Assembly: GCA_002269645.1 (NCBI GenBank)
Contig: NIVC01001839.1
Location: 153,595 to 217,594 of the forward strand
From: Macrostomum lignano
Taxonomy: Eukaryota
Direction of reading: 5' to 3'
DNA length: 64,000 nt
Shown here: piece by piece, positions 24,701-62,479 of the stretch
Layout: the number at the start of each line of letters is the position of its first letter
How positions within the stretch are numbered: the first letter of the stretch is position 1
Program-made: the position numbers and the translations under genes
The notes under the pieces: generated by a model
The model's database searches: none
Told to the model about the DNA's origin: nothing
Seen by the model: only the letters and a program-made list of their open reading frames with translations

Positions 24701-24776
24701 TCTGCTGTCCGTGGCTGAGCACTTCGACTTGGCCCTGCTGCGTACTACAGCGAATCTGCTGTTGAGCACGCTTTGA
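795..24776 (+). CDS. POLE: DNA polymerase epsilon catalytic subunit (5'-partial, 17 exons)
   Basis: Exons 795-927, 1982-2200, 2296-2573, 3598-4003, 4839-5446, 6207-6528, 8022-8792, 9983-10429, 11581-12090, 13241-13882, 15353-15688, 16116-16448, 17039-17332, 18212-18481, 18815-19051, 20199-20638 and 24518-24776 splice GT-AG in consistent phase (6505 nt, ending TGA). Motifs: Exo[11 protein letters not shown], ExoII YNGDFFD, ExoIII YSVSDA, Pol A DVGAMYPN, Pol [15 protein letters not shown], Pol C ELDTDGIW, CysX CAACDFN, C-terminal CysA (CHRC..CPRC) and CysB (CSKC..CPC). Confidence 0.97.
985..1240 (+). mobile_element. tRNA-derived SINE with a CORE(MIR)-like domain
   Basis: A box TAGCCCAGTGT (989), B box GGTTCGATTCT (1033), then TGTGTCCTTGAGCAAGACACTTAG...CAGTTCACCCAGCTGTAAAATG resembling the CORE consensus; ends approximate. 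Confidence 0.7.
1419..1845. repeat. (AGT)n microsatellite
   Basis: Source of the poly-Ser pseudo-ORF. Confidence 0.95.
1982..2200 (+). CDS. POLE: POLE exon, ExoI ([20 protein letters not shown])
   Basis: aaatag|GAT...GAG|gtgagg, 219 nt. Confidence 0.95.
2296..2573 (+). CDS. POLE: POLE exon, ExoII ([10 protein letters not shown]...WVKRDSYLP)
   Basis: ttcgcag|AAA...AG|gtttgt. Confidence 0.95.
2617..3470. repeat. Minisatellite, ~25-bp GATTGGGATTAGGAAGGCTTTTAGA
   Basis: Tandem, intronic. Confidence 0.93.
3598..4003 (+). CDS. POLE: POLE exon, ExoIII ([13 protein letters not shown])
   Basis: caacag|A TAC...CAG|gtgatt. Confidence 0.95.
4074..4730. repeat. Minisatellite, 16-bp TTTGCCGCCTTTGTAG
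   Basis: Tandem, intronic. Confidence 0.93.
4839..5446 (+). CDS. POLE: POLE exon, Pol motif A, CysX and P domain
   Basis: atcgcag|GAC...AG|gttagt; [19 protein letters not shown]. Confidence 0.94.
5511..6110. repeat. Minisatellite, 24-bp TGTCACTCTCACCTTCAGATTGGG
   Basis: Near-perfect tandem. Confidence 0.95.
6207..6528 (+). CDS. POLE: POLE exon, Pol motif B
   Basis: atcgcag|A CTC...AAG|gtttgc; [19 protein letters not shown]. Confidence 0.95.
6631..7985. repeat. Minisatellite, ~21-22-bp CCCCAATCCAAGAATCCCAATT
   Basis: Tandem, intronic. Confidence 0.93.
8022..8792 (+). CDS. POLE: POLE exon, Pol motif C and thumb
   Basis: ttcgcag|GCT...CAG|gtagat; [12 protein letters not shown]. Confidence 0.96.
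8880..9740. repeat. Minisatellite, 28-30-bp CATTCCATATGAGTCTTTGTTCAACAGT
   Basis: Tandem, intronic. Confidence 0.9.
9983..10429 (+). CDS. POLE: POLE exon ([10 protein letters not shown]...[11 protein letters not shown])
   Basis: tgccag|GCC...CAG|gtgagt. Confidence 0.94.
10462..11400. repeat. Minisatellite, 21-bp GATTAGGATTAGAGATTCTCA
   Basis: Tandem, intronic. Confidence 0.93.
11581..12090 (+). CDS. POLE: POLE exon (WLRFHKRKW...PWEIVQL)
   Basis: ctaaccag|GAC...CAG|gtgtgt; donor chosen by alignment to the ...IPRVFYV motif (an alternative in-frame GT lies at 12085). Confidence 0.88.
12120..13100. repeat. Minisatellite, ~30-35-bp GAGCCTCATATAGTGATTTGAGATAGTAGA
   Basis: Tandem with variant blocks. 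Confidence 0.9.
13241..13882 (+). CDS. POLE: POLE exon (VPRIFYVN...[13 protein letters not shown])
   Basis: tgtcag|GTG...AAG|gtttgt. Confidence 0.92.
13960..15335. repeat. Minisatellite, 43/46-bp GATTTATCCCCAATATTCGATTCCTAATTATGATTGTCTTATT
   Basis: Near-perfect tandem. Confidence 0.94.
15353..15688 (+). CDS. POLE: POLE exon ([12 protein letters not shown]...ARYHQ)
   Basis: caacag|TCA...CAG|gtgagt. Confidence 0.9.
15735..16025. repeat. Minisatellite, 21-bp TTGAGCACGGCTTTATCACAC
   Basis: Tandem, intronic. Confidence 0.9.
16116..16448 (+). CDS. POLE: POLE exon (VPIGNLP...[13 protein letters not shown])
   Basis: ctaatctcgcag|GTG...CAG|gtgtga. Confidence 0.92.
16510..17000. repeat. Minisatellite, 28-bp ATCTGTAGAGTCACAGTTCACGGTCACA
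   Basis: Tandem, interrupted at ~16780-16940. Confidence 0.85.
17039..17332 (+). CDS. POLE: POLE exon ([11 protein letters not shown]...HDPALLRTL)
   Basis: cattag|GGC...CAG|gtgagg. Confidence 0.92.
17420..18085. repeat. Minisatellite, 45-bp GAGCTGAGCAATGGGAAGCTGGGGACTGATGAAGATGAGGCAGGT
   Basis: Tandem, intronic. Confidence 0.92.
18212..18481 (+). CDS. POLE: POLE exon ([11 protein letters not shown]...acidic stretch)
   Basis: tcacag|GTG...GCT|gtaagt. Confidence 0.9.
18490..18768. repeat. (TCTG)n microsatellite
   Basis: Fills a 333-nt POLE intron. Confidence 0.95.
18815..19051 (+). CDS. POLE: POLE exon (WNLGEFLP...HDLMAQ)
   Basis: cccgcag|TCG...CAG|gttagt. Confidence 0.85.
19291..20190 (-). 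mobile_element. Putative non-autonomous Helitron-like element carrying an 18-bp minisatellite
   Basis: On -: hairpin CTCCCC-AAC-GGGGAG, 9 nt, CTAG|T; 5' end not defined. Confidence 0.5.
19345..20132. repeat. Minisatellite, 18-bp AGACAGCAAGCATCCCCC
   Basis: Same family as 61608-62386. Confidence 0.95.
20199..20638 (+). CDS. POLE: POLE exon, CysA zinc finger
   Basis: ctctag|TTG...AG|gtgcgt; [15 protein letters not shown]...WLCPRC. Confidence 0.9.
20655..21104. repeat. Minisatellite, ~27-28-bp GGGATTTTTGGGATTCGGTCTGTGTTG (left of the Gypsy insertion)
   Basis: Continues at 24300-24470 after the retroelement. Confidence 0.9.
21105..21161 (+). repeat. 5' LTR remnant, 57 bp
   Basis: Identical to 24086-24142, then an abrupt junction into protease-coding sequence. 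Confidence 0.9.
21232..24009 (+). CDS. pol: Gypsy pol polyprotein (protease C-terminal remnant, RT, RNase H, integrase)
   Basis: [10 protein letters not shown]; RNase [22 protein letters not shown]; integrase HHCC (HEGHPG..CKGC) and D-D-E (LHLDF, SDNGSQF, NGLAER); no internal stop; the frame is open upstream to 21157. Confidence 0.93.
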   Translation: MGILSLDADHELKTILEENSELFSDGLGKIKHYTARLHLKENTTPKFCKARPVPFALKPAIEQELESLENQDIIRKVKTSDYASPIVPVLKKDGKSIRICADYKRTINPALEVDIYPLGKPDELFTRLSGGKFFTKLDISQAFLQLELQEECRKYTTINTHMGLYEYNRLVMGLASSSAQFQEAMDKILSDTDAICFVDDIVISAASQSEHNKKLRNVLVLLKNHGIKLNKSKCEFMMREIEFLGHVIDENGVHQSPRIMRAIAEAPRPTNIPEVRSLVGLINYYRKFIRGLSDILAPLNALLQKDAEFIWSNECERAFVACKSALTSTQVLVHYDPDKPLVVHTDASCYGVGAVLSHIMSDSDEKPICYASRGLSKAEKNYSQIEKEGLAIVFAVKKFHQYLYGRRFILVTDHKPLVTIFGPKNNIPSIAASRLQRWAVILSAYQFEIRYRRTDEHGNADALSRLPLENTKSTEDGVFQNCIEAQPIDHGELKRATAMDENLSRVLRYCRFGWPEHSEQELQPYHSRRNELSVEDGVIFWGIRMLIPASLKQQLLQLLHEGHPGIVGMKSLARLHVWYPGIDKDIETALTKCKGCQAQRNLPPQAPLQPLLWPEKAWTRLHLDFFGPCYGFMWLVVVDATTKWVEIYPMRSATAHGTITKLQETFARYGYPRQILSDNGSQFTAEEFKNYLRSCRITQILTSVGHPRSNGLAERMVQTAKRALRAGMKDSHDALECLNAFLARYRVTPHSTTGKTPSEMMLKYSPRTKLSHLHQDTEQRVAEKQEQQKQQHDKGASKVAREFEPGESVLVLDFRKQGEDKWVVGEILKRRAQLSYLVKVGRMVWKRHVDHITSTGLQTESKAALSHELLEQLIGKGNNESQAINSGGGATTKTRCAETAQARRHRYKHEDVPLTQTRLRPRAAT
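24086..24299 (+). repeat. 3' LTR, 214 bp
   Basis: TGTGG...TAACA; first 57 bp identical to 21105-21161. Confidence 0.9.
24300..24470. repeat. Continuation of the 27-28-bp minisatellite (right of the Gypsy insertion)
   Basis: Same unit as 20655-21104. Confidence 0.88.
24518..24776 (+). CDS. POLE: POLE last coding exon, CysB, stop TGA
   Basis: cccgcag|A AGC ATG; [10 protein letters not shown]...CPCAGKF. Confidence 0.93.
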
Positions 24777-24899
24777 CCTGCCTGGCTGTGTGCTTGACTT
24801 CTGCGTCTGTTTTTATTAATATTGTATGCTTATCCTGTGTAATGCAACTGTCTATGACCTGTCATGTCCTGTGACCGATGATTGCGACTTTCACGTTGA

Positions 24900-25640
24900 T
24901 GACAATTAATTAACCAATTGTCTATGACCTTAATGAAAATTAATGAATCAACTGTTTATGACCCTAATGACTACGAACCAATTGTCTATGACCATAACGA
25001 CTATGAACCAACCGTCTATGACCCTAATGACTATGAACCAGCTGTCTTATGACCCTAATGACTACGAACCAATTGTCCATGACCCTAATGACTACGAGCC
25101 AATTGTTTATGACCCTAATGACTATGAACCAACTATGACCATAATAACTATGAACCAGCTGTCTATGACCCTAATGACTTCGAACCAGCTATCTATGACC
25201 TCAATTACTATGAACCAACTTTCTAAGACCCTAATGACTATGAAGCAGTTGTCTATGACCCTAATGACTATGAAGCAGCTGTCTATGACTCTAATGACTA
25301 TGAACCAACCGTCTATGACCCTAATGACTATAAACCAGCTGTCTTATTACCCTAATGACTATGAACCAGCTGTCTTATTACCCTAATGACTATGAACCAG
25401 CTGTCTTATGACCCTAATGACTTTGAACCAGCTATCTGTGACCTCATTAAAAATTAATGAAGCAACTGTTTATGACCCTAATGACTACAAACCAATTGTC
25501 AATGACCATAACGACTATGAACCAGCTGTTTATGACCCTAATGACCATGAACCAGCTGTCTTATGACCCTAATGACTTTGAACCAGCTATCTATGACCTC
25601 AATGAAAATTAATGAAGCAACTGTTTATGACCCTAATGAC
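24900..25640. repeat. Minisatellite, 30-bp TATGACCCTAATGACTATGAACCAGCTGTC
   Basis: Tandem, downstream of the POLE stop. Confidence 0.9.
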
Positions 25641-25800
25641 TATGGCTCAATCAGCTATTGATCTAAATGTAGCTGACCCAACTGCCTGCTGTTTAGTCAG
25701 CCCTATTATCCGCATTTCGATTGCAGTTAATTGGCTCGTATTTATCTTTTGCACCAGCAATCCCATTTTTTCACAGCTCCCAACTCTTGCATTTTTGCTT

Positions 25801-25806
25801 AATAAA
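25801..25806 (+). terminator. Candidate POLE polyadenylation signal AATAAA
   Basis: First AATAAA I could find after the POLE stop; T-rich sequence downstream. Confidence 0.3.
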
Positions 25807-26074
25807 TTTTAAGACAATGTTTTTAATTCCTATCGAAATTTCTAAATATATTTTATACTCGTTGTAATACACTTACATGTATTCATTTATGTGCATGCGG
25901 TTAATGAATTTAAACTGTTTTTACGTTTAAAATAAATTTAGGCACCGTATTTTGTCTATCATGCACAAGTAGTTAACGTGTATTAAAAATGTATCTGCAT
26001 TCTATAAGCTGCAATTAAAATCAGCGATTCAAGCTTAGCAAAATATCATTTGTTTATTGCTTTTTTATGTATCC

Positions 26075-27082
26075 GCCTGATCCTTTGATCTAACCGCCAT
26101 CAACTCTTGATCCTTTGATCTGACCGCCATCAACTCTTGATCCTTTGATCTGACCGCCATCAACTCTTGATCCTTTGATCTGACCGCCATCAACTCTGAT
26201 CCTTTGATCTGACCGCCATCAACTTTGATCCTTTGATCTGACCGCCATCTATTCTGATCCTTTAATCTGACCGCCATCAACTTTGATCCTTTGATCTGAC
26301 CGCCATCTATTCTGATCCTTTGATCTGACCGCCATCAACTCTGATCCTTTAATCTGACCGCCATCAACTCTGATCCTTTAATCTGACCGCCATCAACTCT
26401 GATCCTTTGATCTGACCGCCATCAACTTTGATCCTTTGATCTGACCGCCATCTATTCTGATCCTTTGATCTGACCGCCATCAACTTTGATCCTTTGATCT
26501 GACCGCCATCTATTCTGATCCTTTGATCTGACCGCCATCAACTCTGATCCTTTGATCTGACCGCCATCAACTCTTGATCCTTTGAACTGACCGCCATCAA
26601 CTCTGATCCTTTGATCTGACGGATACATTTGCTGACCCTTCTATCTAACCGCCATCAACTCTGATCCTTTGATCTGACCGCCAGCTATTCTGATCCTTTC
26701 ATCTGACCGCCATCAACTCTGATCCTTTGATCTGACCGCCAGCTATTCTGATCCTTTGATCTGACCGCCAGCTATTCTGATCCTTTCATCTGACCGCCAT
26801 CAACTCTGATCCTTTGATCTGACCGCCAGCTATTCTGATCCTTTGATCTGACCGCCAGCTATTCTGATCCTTGATCTGATGACCGCCATCAACTCTGATC
26901 CTTTGATCTGACCGCCAGCTATTCTGATCCTTTGATCTGACCGCCAGCTATTCTGATCCTTTCATCTGACCGCCATCAACTCTGATCCTTTGATCTGACC
27001 GCCATCAACTCTGATCCTTTGATCTGACCGCCAGCTATTCTGATCCTTGATCTGATGACCGCCATCAACTCTGACCCTTCGA
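26075..27082. repeat. Minisatellite, 29-30-bp CTGATCCTTTGATCTGACCGCCATCAACT
   Basis: Tandem, between the convergent genes. Confidence 0.93.
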
Positions 27083-28650
27083 TCTTAATACCACCCCGCC
27101 CGAAATGAACGTGACAATAAAAAGCTTCTACCAAGTTAAAATAGGAAAACTAGCAGTTCAATCAACTTGTGAAAAGCTCACCGCTCATTTCCTATTTATT
27201 TATAATTTAATGATCGCTTAGTCCTTTGTTTTAATAATATAGAATTATAGTTTTTCCGGCATGCATGGCAACTGTCGAATTGTTAATAGAGCTTGTATAG
27301 AATAGCAAATTAATAAGCTTGTTAAGCTTCTAGGCAGAATAAAACAGAATCAACAAAGAAACGTGGGGCAATAGGCAGATGCAGTTCATAAATATAGTTT
27401 GGTTGCTAAGCGGTTTCTGGAGTATAGTAGTATAATTACTATTAGTGAGAATTAATTTTAGTACATAGTAAAACTCGATGATCAATATTAATACAATTTT
27501 AAGCATAAATAAAGATAGAAAACGGGAAGGCAAAATGGCACAGATGCACAATGATCAATAGTAAATAATAATATATATAAAACCGAGTGTTAAAGCCGCA
27601 GTTGCGCTTGCTCAGTAGTACAAAACAGTGTTTTTTTCTTTCGTCTTTCTTATAGCCTAATAGCAAACAAGAGGCGGATGAAATTGAATATAAATATTGA
27701 CAGGAATAATAAAGTTTTATTAATAATTTTTAGCACCGATAGCCACAGAATATTAGTTGAAAAAAATTAAACAAAAATATATGTATAAATTAACAAAACG
27801 CTAATGACACTACTTTCAGTGGCAAAAAAGCAGTAATAATAGTAGTAAAATATTATTATTATTAAACAGAGACAAAAACTGGATTGAAATATGAATTAAC
27901 AGCAATAACAAAATAGCAGAAAGCCTACTTGAGTAACGCACTGGACTTCTTCAATTTAGCAATTTGAAACAAAGAAAGTGGCGCATCTGGATTCATTTTT
28001 TCAGGCGTAGGAGGAGGGAGGTAACATTCGACAGCCAACGGCGGGAAGTTTACAACGGGTATTGACGATATGTATCGAAAAAAACAAAAAACGGTACAAA
28101 AACAAAAGCTGGCAATGATGGAGAAATTTTTGGAATACACAATTTCAATCAGAGAATAACTCGTGGAATTTAAAAAAAAATAACAAAAAACACGCAAACT
28201 ACTACTAATTACCGATTTAACAACCGCGCGTCTTCATTGGAAACGGGTGACGATTTACAATAGGTATGAGCATTTAGCCACTTAGTGTAGAAATGTATTA
28301 GAATATAAATAATTAGTTAATGCAAAAGTGTGCAGTAAATATTGAAAAATACCAATAGCAAATTTTCTACTAGTAGTAGTATTGTTAGGCAACAAAAATA
28401 ATAAGGCAAAGATTAATTTATTTATATAAGTTTTTTGAGCTTAAACATTTTTGAAAACCCCTAAAACGGCTTTTAAATAAACTAATTACTACTGCTACTA
28501 ACAGTACTACTATAAAACCATGAAGCTATAATAGTCGCGCGCACACACAGCAAACTCTGCAGTTCGATGAATAACAATTGAAATAGTGTTAATTGCTTGA
28601 TTACAAGTTGCTGGTAGATAGGCAGGGTTGGCCGGCTACTTTAAGCGGCT

Positions 28651-57578
<28,928 letters not shown>

Positions 57579-58145
57579 GAAGCAGATACAAAGTTTCAGT
57601 TGACGAAAAAAACTTTTCTAATAAAATAATAAATTATTAACAATCAGTTCTCTCGAACAAAGCCAATGTCAAAGCGCGGCGAACGTAGTGATTCAGAAGG
57701 AAATAATCACGTTTAAATTTCTTGGACGCTTTTAGTAAATAAAAACAAAGACTTTTTTGTAAATAAATAAAAAAGCGGCTACAGAAAAAACCTTTAGTTG
57801 AAAACTTAATGACAGTTTTAAAAAAATTTAATAACGTTTATTAAAAACTCGTACTTATCTACGCTAGTTAATCCGTCAAAATTACAAGTCACCTCTGTAA
57901 TAGGGCTGAAGGTTACATTGCAGATCTCTAGTGGAAGCTCAACCCTATCTCTATCAAGATTATTCAGTTAGTTTTAGTCCAAGCGCCGGGACGGCCACGA
58001 TTAGCACTTAATAGGCAGAGCACAATATTGTAGAAACTGCAATTATCTACAGCTGTAGTATAATGACTGATAAGTTAATAGTAACTTTTGTGCATTGGGT
58101 TTGTCTGCAGTACATATATGTTCAATTGTGGAATGATGCATGATA

Positions 58146-58183
58146 CAAGGACCACTGTTTATAGCAATATACAGTGGTCCTTG
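58146..58183. mobile_element. 38-bp TIR-only micro-element with an 8-bp TSD
   Basis: GCATGATA|CAAGGACCACTGT-12nt-ACAGTGGTCCTTG|GCATGATA. Confidence 0.7.
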
Positions 58184-58224
58184 GCATGATATAGTATATA
58201 GTATCTTTAATTGTAACTAAGTAG

Positions 58225-58800
58225 TAGAGCTGTCACGAGATCTTGACGAGACAAGATTCGAGATATATAATAAGATCTCGACAATTTTTCCGTCTCGAAA
58301 AATCTCAATTTTTTTCAAGAAATTCGAGAGGAGATTTGAAAATTTTCTTATACCTTTTTTTCAAAAATTTATTCGGGCCATAGAAATAAAAAAGAGAGCA
58401 AATATTCTTATAAATACAACTTCTTGTTGTAATACATTTTGTAGGGCAATTTGAGATGTAAAATCTAGCAGATGTCGAGTAGTTTTAGTGTTATTTACCG
58501 AATGTCGTTATATATATTTCTAGCTTGCATATGCGCTCTTTTTAGTTATCATTCCAGTTCTGCGGCAAGGTGTATCATAGCAGACTCGAAGACAATATAC
58601 CAGTCGCTACACATAATTTGCACCTTGTCAAGAAATTCGAGACAATTTGACAAGACAATACGAGACAAGACAAGATGCAATTCTAATATCCGTTTTTTAG
58701 ATTTTTATCTCGTCTCGTCTCATCTCGAATTTCTTGATTATAAAAGCCTTTCTCGTCTCGAATCTCGTCTCGAATAAAATCTCAAATTTTGACAGCTCTA
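58225..58800. mobile_element. hAT-like MITE (576 bp)
   Basis: 11-bp TIR TAGAGCTGTCA/TGACAGCTCTA; subterminal CGAGA/TCTCG repeats at both ends; no TSD seen. Confidence 0.55.
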
Positions 58801-60374
58801 TCCATATGCACGTATTACCGTGGCCATACAAAATTGCTTCACAAATTTGCAAAAATACACAACACATGGTGACGCGAATTGCGCAAAATTGCACAAAATT
58901 ACGTGAGAAAATTGAAAAAAATTGGGCAAGAATTGAGCAATAATTGCACTCAAATTGTTCATTAAGTGCAATAAAATTACACGAAATCACGCTTAAAATT
59001 ACAATTTAATTGAGCATAAAATTGCAATTCAAGAGCTTAGAAATTGCCGTTGGAGTGGCACTTCAGAATATTGATACGCTCGTATTATAGTGCAGGTAAA
59101 TTTTAAGACTTCCCAAATTTAGCACTCGATCTGCAATTTTCATTATATCTGCTCAGAATTGAACCCAGAAAAGTAATTAAGACACAGTAAAAACCACCGG
59201 TGTTATTTCGGAATACATTAAATTTTGCAATTTTTCAATAAGATGTTATAATCATTTTTCAATCCAATACATTTCATTGTAATTTTTTATTTCACTTTAC
59301 TACATATTAAAAAATAAAACTACAAACAGATACTAAATATAAACGTGTACGGGCAAAAAACGATGTATAAGATACAAGAAAATACTTGCATAGATTAGTA
59401 AAAATTATTATTATTAAAATATTACTATTTAACTATTTAGAAAAATTATTATTAAACCATTAATAAGCACACTGAACATTGAAACTAATTGAAAAATTCT
59501 TTTACATTTGAAGTGCAAAAGCGTTCTAAATAAACATAATTTATTAGTTAAACAATATTTTAACTTTCAGGGGTGCTGGCTGCATCAGCATGTTTATCTA
59601 AGCAGTTAAAACTTTAAAGATGAAGCCTTTTACACATCTATGATGAAGCTTTTGGATACTTTTAAGTTCAAAACCTTTCTAGATTCCGAAATGAGACTTT
59701 CTAAGAACCCACAGGTAATTATTTTGTAGAATTGAATATTTAAAAAAAGATCCCAGATAAAGTTAGGATTCACTTTTCGCTTATTTATAATTTTTTATCG
59801 CCTTTCCATGATCTTACTTAGACATTACTTTTTAAGGCTACCCAACATTGCCAGCCTGAAGCTCGTTAGAGCTTCCAGAAGTCAATTACAGTGATTACCT
59901 TGCAGTGATTTAGTGATTGCTTATTTAATGTTATTCCTATAGGCTATAACTGATACTTAATGGTTTCCAGTATTGTCTTTCTTACACTTGCCAGAAATGT
60001 CACGAAACATTTGATTTAACGATGCTCGCACAGATCTCCAGTTGTAGGCTGCAAACCATTCGGACAAAACAGCTCAAAGCTCCTCGACAGATTGCTCGTC
60101 CATCGCAATGCGCTCCGTTAAGCCATTCAGCTCAATAATTGCAGAAATGCAATACTCCTCACCGAAGCATCAAAGAACGTACTTTATGTACATTGGAGTT
60201 TATGTACATTGGCCCGCTATGAGAATTCGATTTAGGAAACTATAGAAGCACAAACTCGAAAGGCAACGGTTGGTCAAATTTGTCTGCAGCATGCCTTCGA
60301 TTTTGTGTGTTCATTTCTTGGCATGAAGAGAAACACAATTGAGTATTGAGTTGAAGTTGCACTGCTTTATAATT

Positions 60375-60510
60375 ATAAAAGAGTATTATATTATAAATAA
60401 TAATTATAAAATAATGATATAATTAATAATTATAAAATAATTATATAATTAATAATTATAAAATAATTATATAATTAATAATTATAAAATAATTATAATA
60501 GATTATAAAA
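60375..60510. repeat. AT-only low-complexity repeat (ATAATTATAAAATAATTAT)
   Basis: Direct observation. Confidence 0.8.
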
Positions 60511-61472
60511 ACAAAGTAGCTTTTTGAGCCACTTATTTTATTTATTTATATAGATTTCATTTTAGAATTTTGGCATACCATTAATTTGTATATGGAATCA
60601 TAAAATATTATTTTGAAAACTTGCAACCAAGATTTTCATAAAACAATCTAGATATCGTGATATGATATATAGTCTAACAGACAATATATCAATAGAAGCC
60701 AAAATATTAAATACCTTAAAATAGTAGCTAATTAGTAAACAGAAGCTATACAAATGATTATACGCTCATAGCTAGGCCTAGTCATTAAGTCATTGATTAA
60801 GTTAGTAATCTAGTATATACCTACTTACTCAACTATCTTTTGCATATATTATGCTGTACCATTTAATAACCTGATAAGCTTCAGTTTGACTTTTAGACAA
60901 TACATCAATTAATTTAATTAGAAAAAAGTAAATGTTTTTAAAATAGCTATAGCTACATTAATTAAAAACCTATTTGTAGGCCTAGCTAATTCATAAATGC
61001 CTATAAAACAATGATGTTCAATTTCATGCTTCACTAATTTAATTTAATGTATAGCTCCTATAAATAGTAGAGCTACTAAAATAATTTTGAATTGAAATAC
61101 ATAATGTAATGACCAATGACAATGTAATTACAATTAAAGTATAACTTATTAATACAAAATTTTAGTCTACAAAGTGCCACTGCAGTATTAAAATTAATTG
61201 TATGCACTTGCCTGATACTGAGAGAGCTCTAGTCCTAGATATAAGAAAATGATAGAAAAGTATAATTACATGTATGAAACTAAAAGATAAAGTTCAAATA
61301 CAGAGTTGACAAAACATTAACAATGACATAGTACATAGACAATTGGTAGCTTTTAGTATTTTATAAAAGGAGCTATGAAAAATGAATTGGACAAACTCCA
61401 ATAATGCTAGCTAGACTAGTCAATACTTATTAGTAATAGCTAGCAATAATAGGACTAGAATTAGATATTAGA

Positions 61473-62400
61473 CTAGCAATCTTCGCCCCCCGTTGGGGGA
61501 CATCCGTATAGAATCTCTGTTCTCTACAAGTAATAAGAAGATAGCCAAATAAAGCTTTCACAAAGAAAACAGACAAACTACTCAAATGAAGTGCAATGCA
61601 AAAAGAAATCATCCCAAGACAGCAAGCATCCCCCAGATTGCAAGCATCCCCCGGATAGCAAGCATCCCCAGATAGCAAGCATCACCCAAATAGCAAGCAT
61701 CCCCCAGATAGCAAGAATCCCCAGATAGCAAGCATCCCCCAGATAGCAAGCATCCCCCAGATAGCAAGCATCCCCCAGATAGCAAGCATCCCCCAGATAG
61801 CAAAAGCATCCCCCAGATAGCAAGCATCCCCCAGATAGCAAGCATCCCCAGATAGCAAGCATCCCCAGATAGCAAGCATCCCTCAGATAGCAAGCATCCC
61901 CCAGATTGCAAGCATCCCCCAGATAGCAAGCATCCCCAGATAGCAAGCATCCCTCAGATAGCAAGCATCCCCCAGATAGCAAGCATCCCCCAGATTGCAA
62001 GCATCCCCCAGATAGCAAGCATCCCCCAGATAGCAAGCATCCCCCAGATTGCAAGCATCCCCCGGATAGCAAGCATCCCCAGATAGCAAGCATCCCCCAA
62101 ATAGCAAGCATCCCCCGGATAGCAAGCATCCCCCAGAAAGCAAGCATCCCCCAGATAGCAAGCATCCCCCAGATAGCAAGCATCCCCCAGATTGCAAGCA
62201 TCCCCCAGATAGCAAGCATCCCCAGATAGCAAGCATCCCCCAGATAGCAAGCATCCCCCAGATAGCAAGCATCCCCCAGATAGCAAGCATCCCCAGATAG
62301 CAAGCATCCCCCAGATAGCAAGCATCCCTCAGATAGCAAGCATCCCCCAGATAGATAGCATCCCCAAATAGCAAGCATCCACCAGACAATAAGTAGCTAG
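61473..62400 (-). mobile_element. Second putative Helitron-like element with the same 18-bp minisatellite
   Basis: On -: hairpin CCCCC-AAC-GGGGG, 10 nt, CTAG|T; shares ATTGCTAG with the 19291 copy; 5' end not defined. Confidence 0.5.
61608..62386. repeat. Minisatellite, 17-18-bp AGATAGCAAGCATCCCCC
   Basis: Same family as 19345-20132. Confidence 0.94.
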
Positions 62401-62479
62401 TGCGACAATTTCCTTAGCATTATAGTGGCTCCTTTAAAATTCGCTCACTTTTACGTTTGAAATTGTGTATCTTTTATGT

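Noticed and set aside
59560-60340. Coding-like fragments on - (e.g. CISAIIELNGLTERIAMDEQSVEEL*AVLSEWFAAYNW)
   Set aside because: Interrupted by stops and no recognisable family; may be a decayed TE, but this cannot be supported without tBLASTx
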